The notes beneath the pieces were generated by a model. The model searched no databases. It had not been told where the DNA came from and saw only the letters and a program-made list of their open reading frames with translations. Shown piece after piece: positions 1 through 11,864 of a stretch of 64,000 nucleotides of DNA; position 1 is the stretch's first letter, and each line of letters starts with the position of its first letter. Position numbers and translations under genes: made by a program. Source of the stretch: Phoronis australis (taxonomy: Eukaryota > Animalia > Phoronida); contig NMRA01000175.1 in the NCBI GenBank assembly GCA_002633005.1, forward strand, positions 594,734 through 658,733. The letters are read 5' to 3'.

Positions 1-222
1 TGTTTCTGTGGTGCTTTAAGCAACTGGTGTATAGGATGTGCTTGTATTATGAAGATTACTCACATTTTGCCCCTAGCCTATTGAGGAGACAATGACCATG
101 CCTTTCCATTTTGCAAAGTATGCCCTCTACTGGCCACTTTATGGTACCAATAAACAACCCTAGAAGGATACCGTATGCGGTGCAATTGTGGGCGCATTTC
201 AACGCTCCGCGTTGCTCTTGTT
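1..222 (+). mobile_element. 3' end of a Helentron-associated non-autonomous element (HINE), near-identical to 6338-6557
   Basis: 1-220 repeats at 6338-6557. It ends with subTIR TGTGGGCGCAT, hairpin CAACGC-TCC-GCGTTG and CTCTTGTT, which is the typical HINE/DINE 3' end. Confidence 0.8.
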
Positions 223-800
223 AATTTATAGTCACAGTTCAAAAGAGAAATAGGTCTCCAATTATCTAAAGATAGTAATTCCTCGGACTTTTTACTTTTT
301 GGGATTAACGTGATTACGCCTTGCTTTTGAGAACTGGACATGTGACCGATTCCAAAGCTGTATGTGACGCTCGCCAATAAATCGTCTTTAATTACCTTCC
401 AAAAGGTTTTATAAAATTCATAGCCGATGCCATCATTACCAGGCGTCTTGTTAGGTTTTGTCTCTAACAGGGATTCATACAATTCTTCTTCTGTTAGGTT
501 TTTTTCTAAACCGTCAGAATCTGCAGGAGATAGCTTTTTATGTATTGGTAAATTAAAAAGGTCGATTGGATACGTTCTTTCGATGTTGCATTCTTCAATA
601 TCGGAGTAAAGTTTTTTGTAATAGTTCACTTGCATGTTCCGTATGCATGCTGCATCATGTATAATTTTAGCACCATCTTTAAGGGCGTTAATATGTTTTT
701 GCTTGCTGTGGCGCACCTCTAGGTTTTTGAAATATTTTCCATTCTCGCCTTGTTCTGCCCATTGTGCTTTACTATGCAGGATCGAGCCCTTAATTTTATG
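221..800 (-). pseudogene. Truncated non-LTR retrotransposon (L1/Tx1-like) ORF2 fragment, N-terminal part of the RT region
   Basis: Translation contains KAQWAEQGE..KYFKNLE, KTPGNDGIGYEFYKTFW, QGVITLIPK and NWRPISLLNCDYK, all LINE ORF2 motifs. It is cut at ~220 by the HINE 3' end. Confidence 0.85.
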
Positions 801-3800
801 GTTGCCCCTATACCCGGGTTACGCATTTTATTGATTTTGACCTAAAACTGGGTAGGGATTCCTCCTATCCCCAGGTTACGCTGGGGATATGCCGGCATTG
901 TGGGCATTTTGATGAGCAAGGCATTTAGGTCCAAAAACATTAACATAACTTGTGGCTTGCAAATTAAAGCTAAATCGCAGTAGTGAATATAAAATTCATT
1001 AAGTAACAAATGGACATTTGCTTTACCTTGCTTTCTTTTGGCCGCCGCAGAGATAGTTCTGACATTATCACTTGCAAACGACAAGCGGCACACAGTTGAA
1101 CATTTCATTGCGGTAAAAGAATGATTTCAGGGGGAGTGACGAACATCAAATGCAACATTCGTTTGCTATTTTTAGGACTCTGAATCGAAGTAAGAATGCT
1201 GTTTGTGGCGCGACTTGATTCGAGCTGATTGTGAGTTGACATGGGAGTAGGCGTCCCGAAATTCATTTTTATTGTCAAGTTGCAAAAGCATTTGCCAAGT
1301 TTACCAGTGCCGCTCAGAACTGGTGAGCGGCTAGACAGCACCTACCTAGCCAAGGGTCTGTGTGAGTTAAAATTGATTTTAACCTTGAGGGGAATGTTTT
1401 AATTCATGGAGGGTAATTTTTGGATCTGATGAGAGGAATTTCGCCTGTGATTTTAAAATATTTTTCAGAGGGGATGGGACTGATATTCAAATCATCGATG
1501 GCGCGGTACTCATCTGTAGTGCTGTGCATGAAAGCGTTTTTTTTTTGTGAATCTATGAATGCGTTGTACACATTGTTTCATAACCAGTGATAATGACAAG
1601 TCAAAGTTAGTAACTTAGTGTAAAGCATGTTTAATTGACTCGGCCTTTGGGCAAATTGTGGCTCGTTTGATTAAGGCGCTTGTATGTGCGTATATAACTA
1701 CCATGTCAAATCAACCTGCAGGAATTGAACCTGGACTAGCCAGGTAACTAAATAAAAAGTGAAGCAACATTGCCAATAGTCTAAAATCTCGAGCTCTCCT
1801 GAACATTGCAGCAGGGAAAATCCATTATACAACTGACCAAATTTCAAAAGGTGAGGTTGCTAAATATTAATTTTCTTAACTGAGACAGATAAGAAAAGAT
1901 CAATATTCTGTGCCTTATCTAGCGTATCAATTGTTGCCAGTACTGCAACTCCATAGTAAGATGTTATTGGCATTAGGCTGTGCCTTTTGATGAGATAATT
2001 CTTCAACTGAGGAGAAAATCCTATCACCCTTGGTCAGCACCAACTCCATTCAAATTCTTAAGAAAAGGACTAAGTCTTACATTTTTGACAGCCAAGATCT
2101 CAGTCTAAGTGGCCTGAAAGAAAATTACAGAAATGCTTTTGCACTCAACAATAGGTTGGTATAAAATCCAAAAGTAATTATACTAAAACAGAGACTTTTA
2201 CTTCAAATTTTATGGTTTACAGTAATATATGGCTAAATGCACCGACTTGCAGATCAAGTTGACCCTTTCACTGTTTAGTTTTATTGAGAGCTCCATGTGC
2301 CAGTGCCAAATTTTTTTCACAAAAGAAAAACAAATTGAATAACAATGATTTTTGTGTGGGATTTGGTGAAACTCTCCTCGTGTCATCTGCTTATGTCATC
2401 GAGCTGTAATTAGCTCCCACGAAATTTAGGATTAGCTGGATCAAGAATGGCAAAATAGCCAACTCACTAATCTGCTCATTTGCTAGTGAGAGTTAATCAT
2501 AGCATTATGAGTAAAGCCACTCATGACTCGCATGATTTTATGCCAACCACTGGCTCATAATTTGGTGTGGTAAAATGTGGCAGCAGATTCCTGTTCTCAA
2601 TGTTTGCGTAGTATTTGTGCACTTACCCACGTGAGTTGTACATTGTTTGCAACAGAAATGGTCCACCTTTTAATTTTTTTTTCTTAAAAATGGTTTATTT
2701 AATTAAAAGTCCAAATTTTATAGTACCTTTTAGTGCACATGTTTAAGAGAGTTCTGCATTGTTTACGTTGGCTGCCTTTTAAAGTCTGCTAATTAGATCA
2801 AGAAAAAACCATGAAATTCCAACTCAAATATCGTGTGAATCCAATTAGCCATGGCGGATCTTCCTAATGAAGTAATTAATGAACTCCATTTACTACTTTC
2901 TAAAATTCGCCATGATGCTTGTAGACGAGGTGTAATGCGTCCAAACTATGACACGCGCGCTTTCGCATTTGCGATGTTAAAAGTGATGTTAAACGAGGCA
3001 TTGTGTCCTCAGCACAACAATCAGTTTTTCAACGCAACCAAAGTTTGCAAGTAGTGAATTTGGTCTGTTGTGTATGCTTTTTCAATATTTTTTCAGAGGG
3101 AATGAAGCCGATATTCGGCTCCAAAAATCGAGGGATTGAGGGCCCTGAATAGCATGATCAAATTTCGACTTCGTAGTTTTTAGTGTTAAAGTTGATATCT
3201 TAAATATTTTGTTGCAGTTTTTGAATTACAATTTCATTTTATTCAACTTTTGATTTTTTCATAACAATCTTAAAAGACCTATGTTTCTGATACGTCCTCA
3301 TGCAAAAGGAGTACATTTTAGACATTTCCTAACAGCAAGTTGGAGATGAGTGCTTATGTCACTGAGTACCTGAAAGTTTCATATGATTTTTATCGGCTGT
3401 TTTCAGAGATATGATTTTCCCAAGATAGCCAATTTTGCCATTTTTCTATGGTCCTTACATAGCATTAATTGACAGTTCTATGAAAGATGGAGAAAGTCGA
3501 AAACGAAAACTGAGATACAATTTATGATCCAAGTTGTCATTATAAAACAATTCAGTTTATTAATATAAAACCATTATCAGGGATTATGAGTCGCGTCTCA
3601 GTTTTCATTTTCAACTTTTTCCTGTTTCTTTGGCTAAAAACTAGACAGTGTTATTCTATGAAAGATATTTTGTAAATATGTTACTACCTTTTCACCTTGA
3701 TTATTGCATACCATTTGACATTAATAAAGCAGGTTGTCTTGGTAACTTCAATCATTTCCTAATTATGGTAATTGTCTCCTGGCTCATTATGAAGGTTGTT

Positions 3801-4569
3801 TGTCACACTGGACACTAGCACCACTGCTTATGTCCAATGCAGATTTGCCAATTTGATGGACAGGAGGTTTCTGAACAGAAAAACGTGACACCCGCGTAGC
3901 TTGGCAAATATAATAGATCTGACTATTGAGGGTAGCCGATCACTTTGTGGACTGCTAGGAATGGAGGTAGATAACCGTGTAGTTGGTAGGTGTGAAGTAA
4001 TTGCTTTCTCTATTTGGTCACTTGCCATTATGCCTGTCCTTTGAGAATTTAGGCAGAAGCTTTTTTGTACTAAGTTGGAATCTCTGAACCAGTTGATATC
4101 CAGTATCAGTTGATAAGTTAAAGTCATCTTTGTTGTGGACGTCACCCTAGGTTGTCCAAAGTGTTCATAGGCAAAAATGTACGCTCAATAAATAAGCCAC
4201 AGGGTATTTCTAGTTCATTATGTAACCTTGTATAGCAACAGGTTCCTAAATACAGGAGGTGAATGACAGTAAAGTATTCCTATCAACTTGCCCTGATAGT
4301 AAACAACAGAAGCTTCACATCTTTTTATGCCCCTACCTGTTTGTATGTGGGTGTGTAATGCCGTCATCCCTGTCCCTCAGCTGCTTTGTATTCAAAATCC
4401 CTTGATGGATGTTTGTGAAATTTTGCAGATGTATTCCTATCATGAACTGGGCAGCATAAGCAAATTTCCGTGGAGATCTGAGCAATTTTTGTTTTGTGTA
4501 CATTTGCCTGCATCGTTGGAGTTCTTTAATGGATATTCCTGAAATTGGAAAATAGGAGACGAAGGCGTA

Positions 4570-6557
4570 TTTTTATGCGCCCACATATTTATATGTGGAC
4601 GCATTATGCCGTCATCTCTGTCCGTCCGTCCGTCCGTCCGTCCGTCCGTCCGGGCGGCGTCCGTCCGGCGTCCGCTGCTCTATCTCCAAAACCCTTTGAC
4701 ATACGTTCATGAAATTTGGCACATATGTTCCATTCATGAATGGGACGGCATGTGCGAACTTTCGGACGGATCCGACTACCGGTGTGCCCCCTAGTGGCAA
4801 TTTTAGTTTTTTACGCTTACCTTTGTATCTTCAAAAGTCCTGAACGGATTTTCATGAAATTTGGTATGTAGGCACCTAGTAGTGAGATGACGCTATCCTG
4901 CCGTTTTCGGATGGATTCGACATAGTTTGCGCCACCTAGTGGCCATTTTTACTGTTTTCGAGTCTGTTTTTGTGCTTCCACCCCTCTATCAACCAAACCG
5001 CTCAAAGGATGATTGTGAAAATTGGCATGTATGTGCTTACTATGTAGAGGACGGTTGACGATGATTTTCCGACGATTTCGACTACTGTGGCGCCTCCTAG
5101 TGGCAGTTTTGTTTTTTTTGCGCCTATGGCTGTATCTCCTAAACCGTTCGCAGGATCTTTACGAAATTGTGTAAGTATATTTATATGATGTTAACAACGG
5201 AAGATGACGACTTTTGGACGGATCCGACTACCGGTGTGCCCCCTAGTGGCAATTTTAATTTTTTTACGCTTACCTTTGTATCTTCACAAGTCCTTATTGG
5301 ATTTTCATGAAATTTGGTATGTAGGCACCTATTAGTGAGATGACGCTATCCTCCCGTTTTCAGATGGATTCGACATAGTTTGCGCCACCTAGTGGCCATT
5401 TTTAGTGTTTTCGAGTCTGTTTTTGTGCGTCCACCCCTCTATCAACCAAACCGCTCAAAGGATGATTGTGAAAATTGGCATGTATATGCTTACTATGTAG
5501 AGGACGGTTGACGATGATTTTCCGACGATTTCGACTACTGTGGCGCCTCCTAGTGGCAGTTTTGTTTTTTTGCGCCTATGGCTGTATCTCCTAAACCGTT
5601 CGCAGGATCTTTACAAATTGTGTAAGTATATTTATATGATGTTAACAACGGAAGATGACGACTTTTGGTCGGATCCGACTACCGGTGTGCCCCCTAGTGG
5701 CAATTTTAGTTTTTTACGCTTACCTTTGTATCTTCAAAAGTATTGAACGGATTTTCATGAAATTTGGTATGTAGGCACCTATTAGTGAGATGACGCTATC
5801 CTACTGTTTTCAGATGGATTCGACGTAGTTTGCGCCACCTAGTGGCCATTTTTACTGTTTTCGAGTCTGTATTTTTGCGTCCACCCCTCTATCAACCAAA
5901 CCGCTCAAAGGATGATTGTGAAAATTGGCGTGTATGTGCTTACTATAAGGAAGACAGCTGACAATGATTTTCAGACGATTTGGACTACTGTGGCGCCTCC
6001 TAGTGGCAGTTTTGTTTTTTTGCGCCCATGGCTGTATCTCCCAAACCGTTTGCAGGATCTTTACTAAATTTAGCAAGTGTATTTATGTGATGTTGACAAC
6101 GGACGATGACGACTTTAGGATGATTCTGATTACCGGTATGCCTCTAGTGGCAATTTTAGTATTTGCCTCTAGTGGCAATTTTAGTATTTTACATTGACCT
6201 CTGTATTTTCATAGGTCTTCAGGTGTATACTTTGTGTTACTTCGTGACTGTGAAGGAAAAGTTCCAAGTAGAAATTTGTTTCTGGCATTCTAATGCTGTG
6301 CTAATCTCGTATGTTGGTAAATTTGTTTTTAATTCTATGTTTCTGTGGTGCTTTAAGCAACTGGTGTATAGGATGTGCTTGTATTATGAAGATTACTCAC
6401 ATTTTGCCCCTAGCCTATTGAGGAGACAATGACCATGCCTTTCCATTTTGCAAAGTATGCCCTCTACTGGCCACTTTATGGTACCAATAAACAACCCTAG
6501 AAGGATACCGTATGCGGTGCAATTGTGGGCGCATTTCAACGCTCCGCGTTGCTCTTG
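4570..6557 (+). mobile_element. Complete HINE (Helentron-type non-autonomous element) with a central ~451-bp tandem array
   Basis: The 5' end is TTTT-ATGCGCCCACA with partner TGTGGACGCAT, followed by a (GTCC)n microsatellite at ~4620-4670. About three ~451-bp tandem units start near 4769, 5220 and 5671. The 3' end has subTIR TGTGGGCGCAT plus hairpin CAACGC-TCC-GCGTTG. Confidence 0.85.
4769..6185. repeat. Higher-order tandem repeat: ~451-bp unit made of three ~145-160-bp subunits, each with a CCTAGTGGC core
   Basis: GGATCCGACTACCGGTGTGCCCCCTAGTGGCAATT recurs at ~4769, 5220 and 5671, with a degenerate copy at ~6120. Confidence 0.9.
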
Positions 6558-7084
6558 GCAGTTTTGGATGGATTTGACATATTATGTGCCATCTAGTGAC
6601 AATTTTATTGTTCCTTTTAGTCTTGTTTTTTGACATCCACCTCTCTCTCGGCCAAACCACTCTAAGGGTGAATTATAAAAATGGGTATATATATATATTA
6701 TGTGTTCCTAATTGTGTTCGCTTAGATATCTACCACGTTTGTTGAAGGATGTTTATGAAATTTGGCAAATAAGTACCATCATGTAGACAACTGCACCAGC
6801 CTTGTTTCAGATGGATTTGACCTACGTTGTGCCCCATTGTAGCCTTTGTATTGTTTTTGTGCCAAGAAAAATCTTCAATCATGATGAAAGGTGGCAGGTG
6901 TGCTCCTATTGAAGAGATCATTTCTGACTTGATTTGCAGCCCTCTAGGGGCTATAATTCATTTTATTAGCATTGATCCATTTTATAGGAATGTTTAAAAT
7001 AATGACCATCTCTTGTTTTTGCACTGCTGTATACTGTGAGTGCATAGTAACAGTTCTCGGAGCTCTTGTTCTACAGGCTCTAGG

Positions 7085-10000
7085 ATGATGTTTTCTGGAG
7101 AACATCACAACACATTGGGCTCGGTGAACAATAATTCTAATGGTTTCCATGACATCAACCTCCAGCAGACATTAAAACGGCGAAGAACTGACGCCATAAG
7201 CTGTGAGTGTCTTGCCAGTGGGTCTCAAGTGCAATTCAGGAAAGGTAATTGGAGTCTTGGGTGGGTATTCTGTTTTCCTCTTACCATTTTTCCAATTTTT
7301 TATTTATTTTCCAATTTTTATATACTTTCCTTGGGTTCATGCTTGCTTACACATCAAGTACTAGTTCTAGTATGTATAGCTTACATGCCATCCACTAGTT
7401 ACAGTAATCGTGAGTTCATATGTTCTGAAACACAAGACTTGAGTCTTGAAATCACCAAACGTTGTGGACTTGAGCTTTAATTAAGTGACCAATTGCATAG
7501 CACTCTTTGTGTAGCTTCAAATCCATGTGTTTGGTTAATTTTAGACTGAGTCTTGAGTGCTTTTCTATGATCTCAGTGGAGCCTTGGAATTCAATAAAAA
7601 TATGTGCTCTTACATGGCAATGCCTGACACCAGTGTGTCATAGGCTACACCACATTTCCCTACTTTATGGGCGACTTGACTTGTGCACAACAGTGCTTAT
7701 ATTGTAAAATTTGACTGGTGGAGCATTTCGCACATTTTAGTCTTGGAGGGGGTAACTAGTGCCCATACTAGTAATTGACATGCAAGGTCAGTGAAAGTAG
7801 TTTCTTGTGAACTCTGCTCTTATTATACATCTGACCCAGTTGACCTGTGTAAGTAAACACAGCTTAATAAAAGGTTTGTGATCCTGGATGAGAAGATAAT
7901 TATTTTATTACCCACTGTAGATCATTGAATAGCCAAGCCCAGAATGATATACTCAGTAAAGTTAAGTTACAGCTGTTACAGAAGCTTATTTGCATCATTG
8001 TATAGTATCTGTTCCTAAGTTTGCTTTTCACTGATGCTTCTAAGGAATTGTGTGCACAGAGAAATCCTGGCTTCTGTGTAGGCCAGAAGTAAGCTTTCAG
8101 GGCTGTGGCAAGTCAGGGGCGAGGTTTTGTGAAATTGGTGATAGATGTGATGCAAAAGTGGTGCTTGGGAAGAGGCAGAGTGAGATTATAATTACTAAAG
8201 TTGAACATGTTCCTCTTAAAAATTTTTACCGTCTTACGCCACTAATACTGTGTAACATTTCATTAGTTGACATTTTGTATCACCTTTGGTTATTTTACTT
8301 TCTTTGAGCGTTCATATTATGTTAAAGATTTTCATACTTTGTGCAGGTAATCAGTTCCTCTCCATGCCAGGGTCAGAGTTCATCTACCATACAGAGGTGT
8401 GGAAGCCTAAAGGTGGCTCCCTCTATCTTCCATTGAATCAAGATGTCCTCATCAATATGTCCCCTGTTGAACAGATGTCATTTGAGACAGGTGTCTTCTT
8501 CACTGCCAACTCCATTGGAGAGTATCAACAAACGCTGGCTGGTGAGTTTTTTTAAACACTACAGTTGTTCCCTTGGGCGCAATTAGCTCATTTCTCCAAG
8601 TGTCTTGCTCTACTGTTGGAATTGGTGGCATAACTTTAGTGCAAATGCCTTTTTACAAAGGAAATCGGTTGTAAATAACCATGTGCCAGCACCAGCACTG
8701 ATAAGCCGTTGAGTCACAATGCATCAGTTATGTTCAGGAGAGATATATGAATTGTAATAGCATTAATATCATCACAGGTTTCATCGTTGGTTCCATGAAA
8801 AAGTCACACATCCAAAGTAGGGTTTAGTTCGAGATCCGACACCACACTTGGCAGTCTTCTATACCTTTTGTAGGGACTCTTGTCTTTTTGTCTCATTAAG
8901 GCCTGAAAAAATACAAGAAGGCATGTTATCAAAAAGGAGTATATTATAGCACTTCTGTTGACTGTGTAGCTGGAAAAGGGGAACTCTTGTGGAGTCTCCC
9001 GCGGGTTAAACTATACTTCATTAGTTAAAAGGATACTAAACCGTGTTCTGATGATTTCAACCAATCCTCATTCTGTGCCCTGTTAATGCATCATTGGCGT
9101 CAATCTTGTAAGATAAAGGCAGGAATTCACTAAAAATTTATAGTTACTCCCTGTGTCATAGATTAGGTATTATAACTCTTGCTGGGTCACCTTTCCCAAC
9201 AGTCACCGCGTAATTCTCCAAAATCGTAGCTCACACTTGCCTGTTTAGTAGACTTTGAAAGGAGTTTTCAAATTTTCCTCCAAACTTTTGAGGGTTTTAG
9301 AGTGTTACAGAGCACTATATAATTTTGTTTAAGAGAATTGGATGGCGAAAGTGGTTTTTAATGTCTGTTAAAAGGCCGAAACCGAATTCGGTATCCTTTT
9401 AATCTTCATGAAGCAAATTTCAACACAAAACAGTTTCGTCAATATTTACTATTAAATGTTGGTATGATTTCTTAGAGACTGTTGTTGTTTAAAGCCCCAT
9501 ACTATTGTAATTTTGGAGGTCAAATTCAAATTGAAATAGACCTATTTTGAGATGGAAAATCTTATCCCAGAAGCGTTAACTGAAACCCATTTGGTTCCTA
9601 GAACTACTGTAGAATGTTCAGTGGTTACTGCCGCTATTTAAAAAATAGAAAAGGTTTCACCCAGTAACAAAGTTAACATGTTTTTTACAAAATTGTGCTG
9701 AATCATCTTTTCTTTCAGAGCGAGACATACGTAGCAGATTATACAGTCAAGTAATGAGCTGTTCAAAATAACACGAAAATTAAGGAGCTTTAATTTTGTA
9801 ATTTCTTGTGGTGCACCTCTGAATATAATTTGAAAACTTAAATATCACCTAAGCATCTACTGATAGGTACAATTTTCATAATAAAAATTCTTTTTTTAGG
9901 CTCAGCCGTGCATTTCTGGAGGTATGACCTTCACCAAAAAAGGCTCTTCATTTCAAGGTCATTCCTGGTCACAGAACCACATGTAAGTTACAGTTTACAT

Positions 10001-11412
10001 GGGATACTTAACTATAGTGAGAACCAGTCTTTTGTGGCCGTGTGTGCGTGTGTAATGTCAGTTACTGTAAAACTTGTAATAAGTCTATTCCTTATGTGAA
10101 AGCTGAGCTGCTGTGGTTCAGAAATGCAGATAAAATGTACTCACAGCTAAAATTACTGACTAAAGCTTTTTGATGGCGACCCACCAGAGAATCAGAATAG
10201 ATCAAAATATATGGCTTCAGCCTCAACAGGAATGGTTGTACGTTTACTTAAAAAAAACTAGAGTCTACTAGCAGAAACCTAGCCCACTTAATCCTGGCAG
10301 ACGCTTCGGATCGGCACCACGTACAACACCTGGCATCGGCAATCAGAATAAGCAAGATGGCGGGTCGTCATCGAAAGGCTCGCAGTAAAGACCTTAGTTG
10401 TGAGAATGGTTTAAACCATTTTTGTTATCTATTTTCAACATTCTCAGAACCCAGGTTCAATTGCAGACGGATACTTATTAGAGATCGAACATTTATTAAT
10501 TATCCTAAAGCTATTTAGATGGAAATTACCTTTGTCAGATTAATGCATTTCAAGTTCACAAATGCATCCCGTTTCCAGCTGGTACTGGAGAACTGGCTTT
10601 TATTTTAGAGCCTGCATCTATTTGGAGTTTTAGGCTCTAGTCACTCGTCTGCAGAATCATGCTTTTAATTGGTCCATTGTCACATGTCAAAAAATAGTTT
10701 TCTTAGCTTTGACGACATATGGGCCTACATTATCTGCTAACAACATTTAAACTGGACTCTTAGTCAAATTGTTTTCTGATGAGGAAGTTTTAACCATGTC
10801 ATCTTTATGGCATGGTCACATGTCCGGTGATGTCAGGTAATTTTCTATCGGATTAGTTGAAGCGGTGTACTGATTGGTGATTTTTGATGCTGGACTCTAT
10901 TGCGGGGCTCCCGATAATCTCCCAATAATCACCTGATTGGCCATTTTTCTGCCACATACTCATCGGATCAGTGTCGGAAGATTCACGCAACTGAGGCGTT
11001 AAACCTTGAGATTTTAAATTTCAGATACCGATTATTATTCATTCCACCTTTATGTTATCAACATTTTCGTCGCTAAAACTGCTTTCATAGTCCTCTTGCG
11101 ATTATTTCTACTGCTACGGAAGAGTAACCGTTTGAGTAGATAATTGATATGGTAATGGCTTGTCTGGAGGCATCGCTGAATAATAGGGGTAACCTATGTG
11201 AACATAGTATTCATGTCTTGGCAAATGCTCTCAACTCAGTTAATACTCCATGATGATACCATGAAAAGTGTCAGCCTTTCTAAACCTCGGTGAATGAAAA
11301 TTTACTTTTTTAACTTGTAACTTTCTCAGAACATTTTAATTGTTAGTAATCCTGTTCACTTTCTTCTTTATAGGTGTTTGATGCGCTGCGAGAGTGCTTA
11401 CAGTCTATGTGA
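7085..11412 (+). CDS. Uncharacterised ~160-aa protein, 4 coding exons (7085-7244, 8347-8541, 9900-9982, 11374-11412)
   Basis: All three introns are GT-AG with matching phases (1,1,0). The joined ORF reads MMFSGEHH...KRRRTDAISCEC...HTEVWKPKGGSLYLPL...HFWRYDLHQKRLF...VFDALRECLQSM*. An acceptor at 7075-7076 suggests an upstream exon. AATAAA is at 11845. Confidence 0.7.
9029..9398. mobile_element. TTAA-flanked non-autonomous DNA element (Kolobok-like MITE)
   Basis: TTAA|AAGGATAC ... GTATCCTT|TTAA: short terminal inverted repeats flanked by TTAA on both sides. Confidence 0.5.
10140..10404. mobile_element. Degenerate MITE with ~45-bp imperfect terminal inverted repeats
   Basis: CTCACAGCTAAAATTACTG..GCTTTTTGATGGCGACCCACCA matches, imperfectly, the reverse complement of TGGCGGGTCGTCATCGAAAGGCTCGCAGTAAAGACCTTAGTTGTGAG. 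Confidence 0.45.
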
Positions 11413-11864
11413 AGTCATGTGACATGGCAACGCAGACTATTGGTTGGATGTGAAAGTACGAGAAAATTGTTGAGAAAATTTCGGTTGCAAATTCCACCAA
11501 CTAAAAGAAGTGTGTGGGGCGTTTTTGTTGAAAATATACAGAGGTGCTTTATACAGTTGAAACATGTTAGTTATTTAGTGAAGATGATGGTGACTATATT
11601 AAATATATCGTTTTGTTAGGTGAAAGGTAAAGATAAGATGTAGGTATTAGGTAATATGAGGTAAGGAATGCATTTTAATTAGCAGTTTTTTTACCAATTT
11701 TCATGACATGATGAATCTTTTCAGAAAGAGGTTCCACAGCCCCAAAACCGTGTTCATGGACTGGCTCAAATACACTGTTATTGGTACTTTTTTGATCAGT
11801 TCAAGCATTTTGTGCCTAGCATAGTAAGGGCATTTCTTGTTTTTAATAAAGTCTGCAATAATTG

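Larger units (their letters stand above)
4322..6950 (+). mobile_element. Older degenerate HINE copy interrupted by the younger copy at 4570-6557
   Basis: A degenerate 5' end TTTTATGCCCCTAC...ATGTGGG...GCCGTCATCCCTGTCC lies at 4322. Degenerate array subunits (GGATTTGACAT..GCCATCTAGTGAC, GAAATTTGGC) resume after 6557. The right boundary is approximate. Confidence 0.5.

Noticed and set aside
78-716. 212-aa ORF as an intact protein
   Set aside because: It is a chance fusion of a LINE RT fragment with antisense HINE sequence. The same C-terminal peptide appears in ORF 6415-6660.
2851-3054. 67-aa ORF MADLPNEV... with a good Kozak context
   Set aside because: It has no recognisable domain and I could not verify a splice link to the downstream gene. 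It may be repeat-derived.
4769-6185. Regularly spaced conserved motifs resembling a CRISPR array
   Set aside because: The intervening sequences are themselves repeated with a ~451-bp period, there are no cas genes, and the context is eukaryotic with introns.
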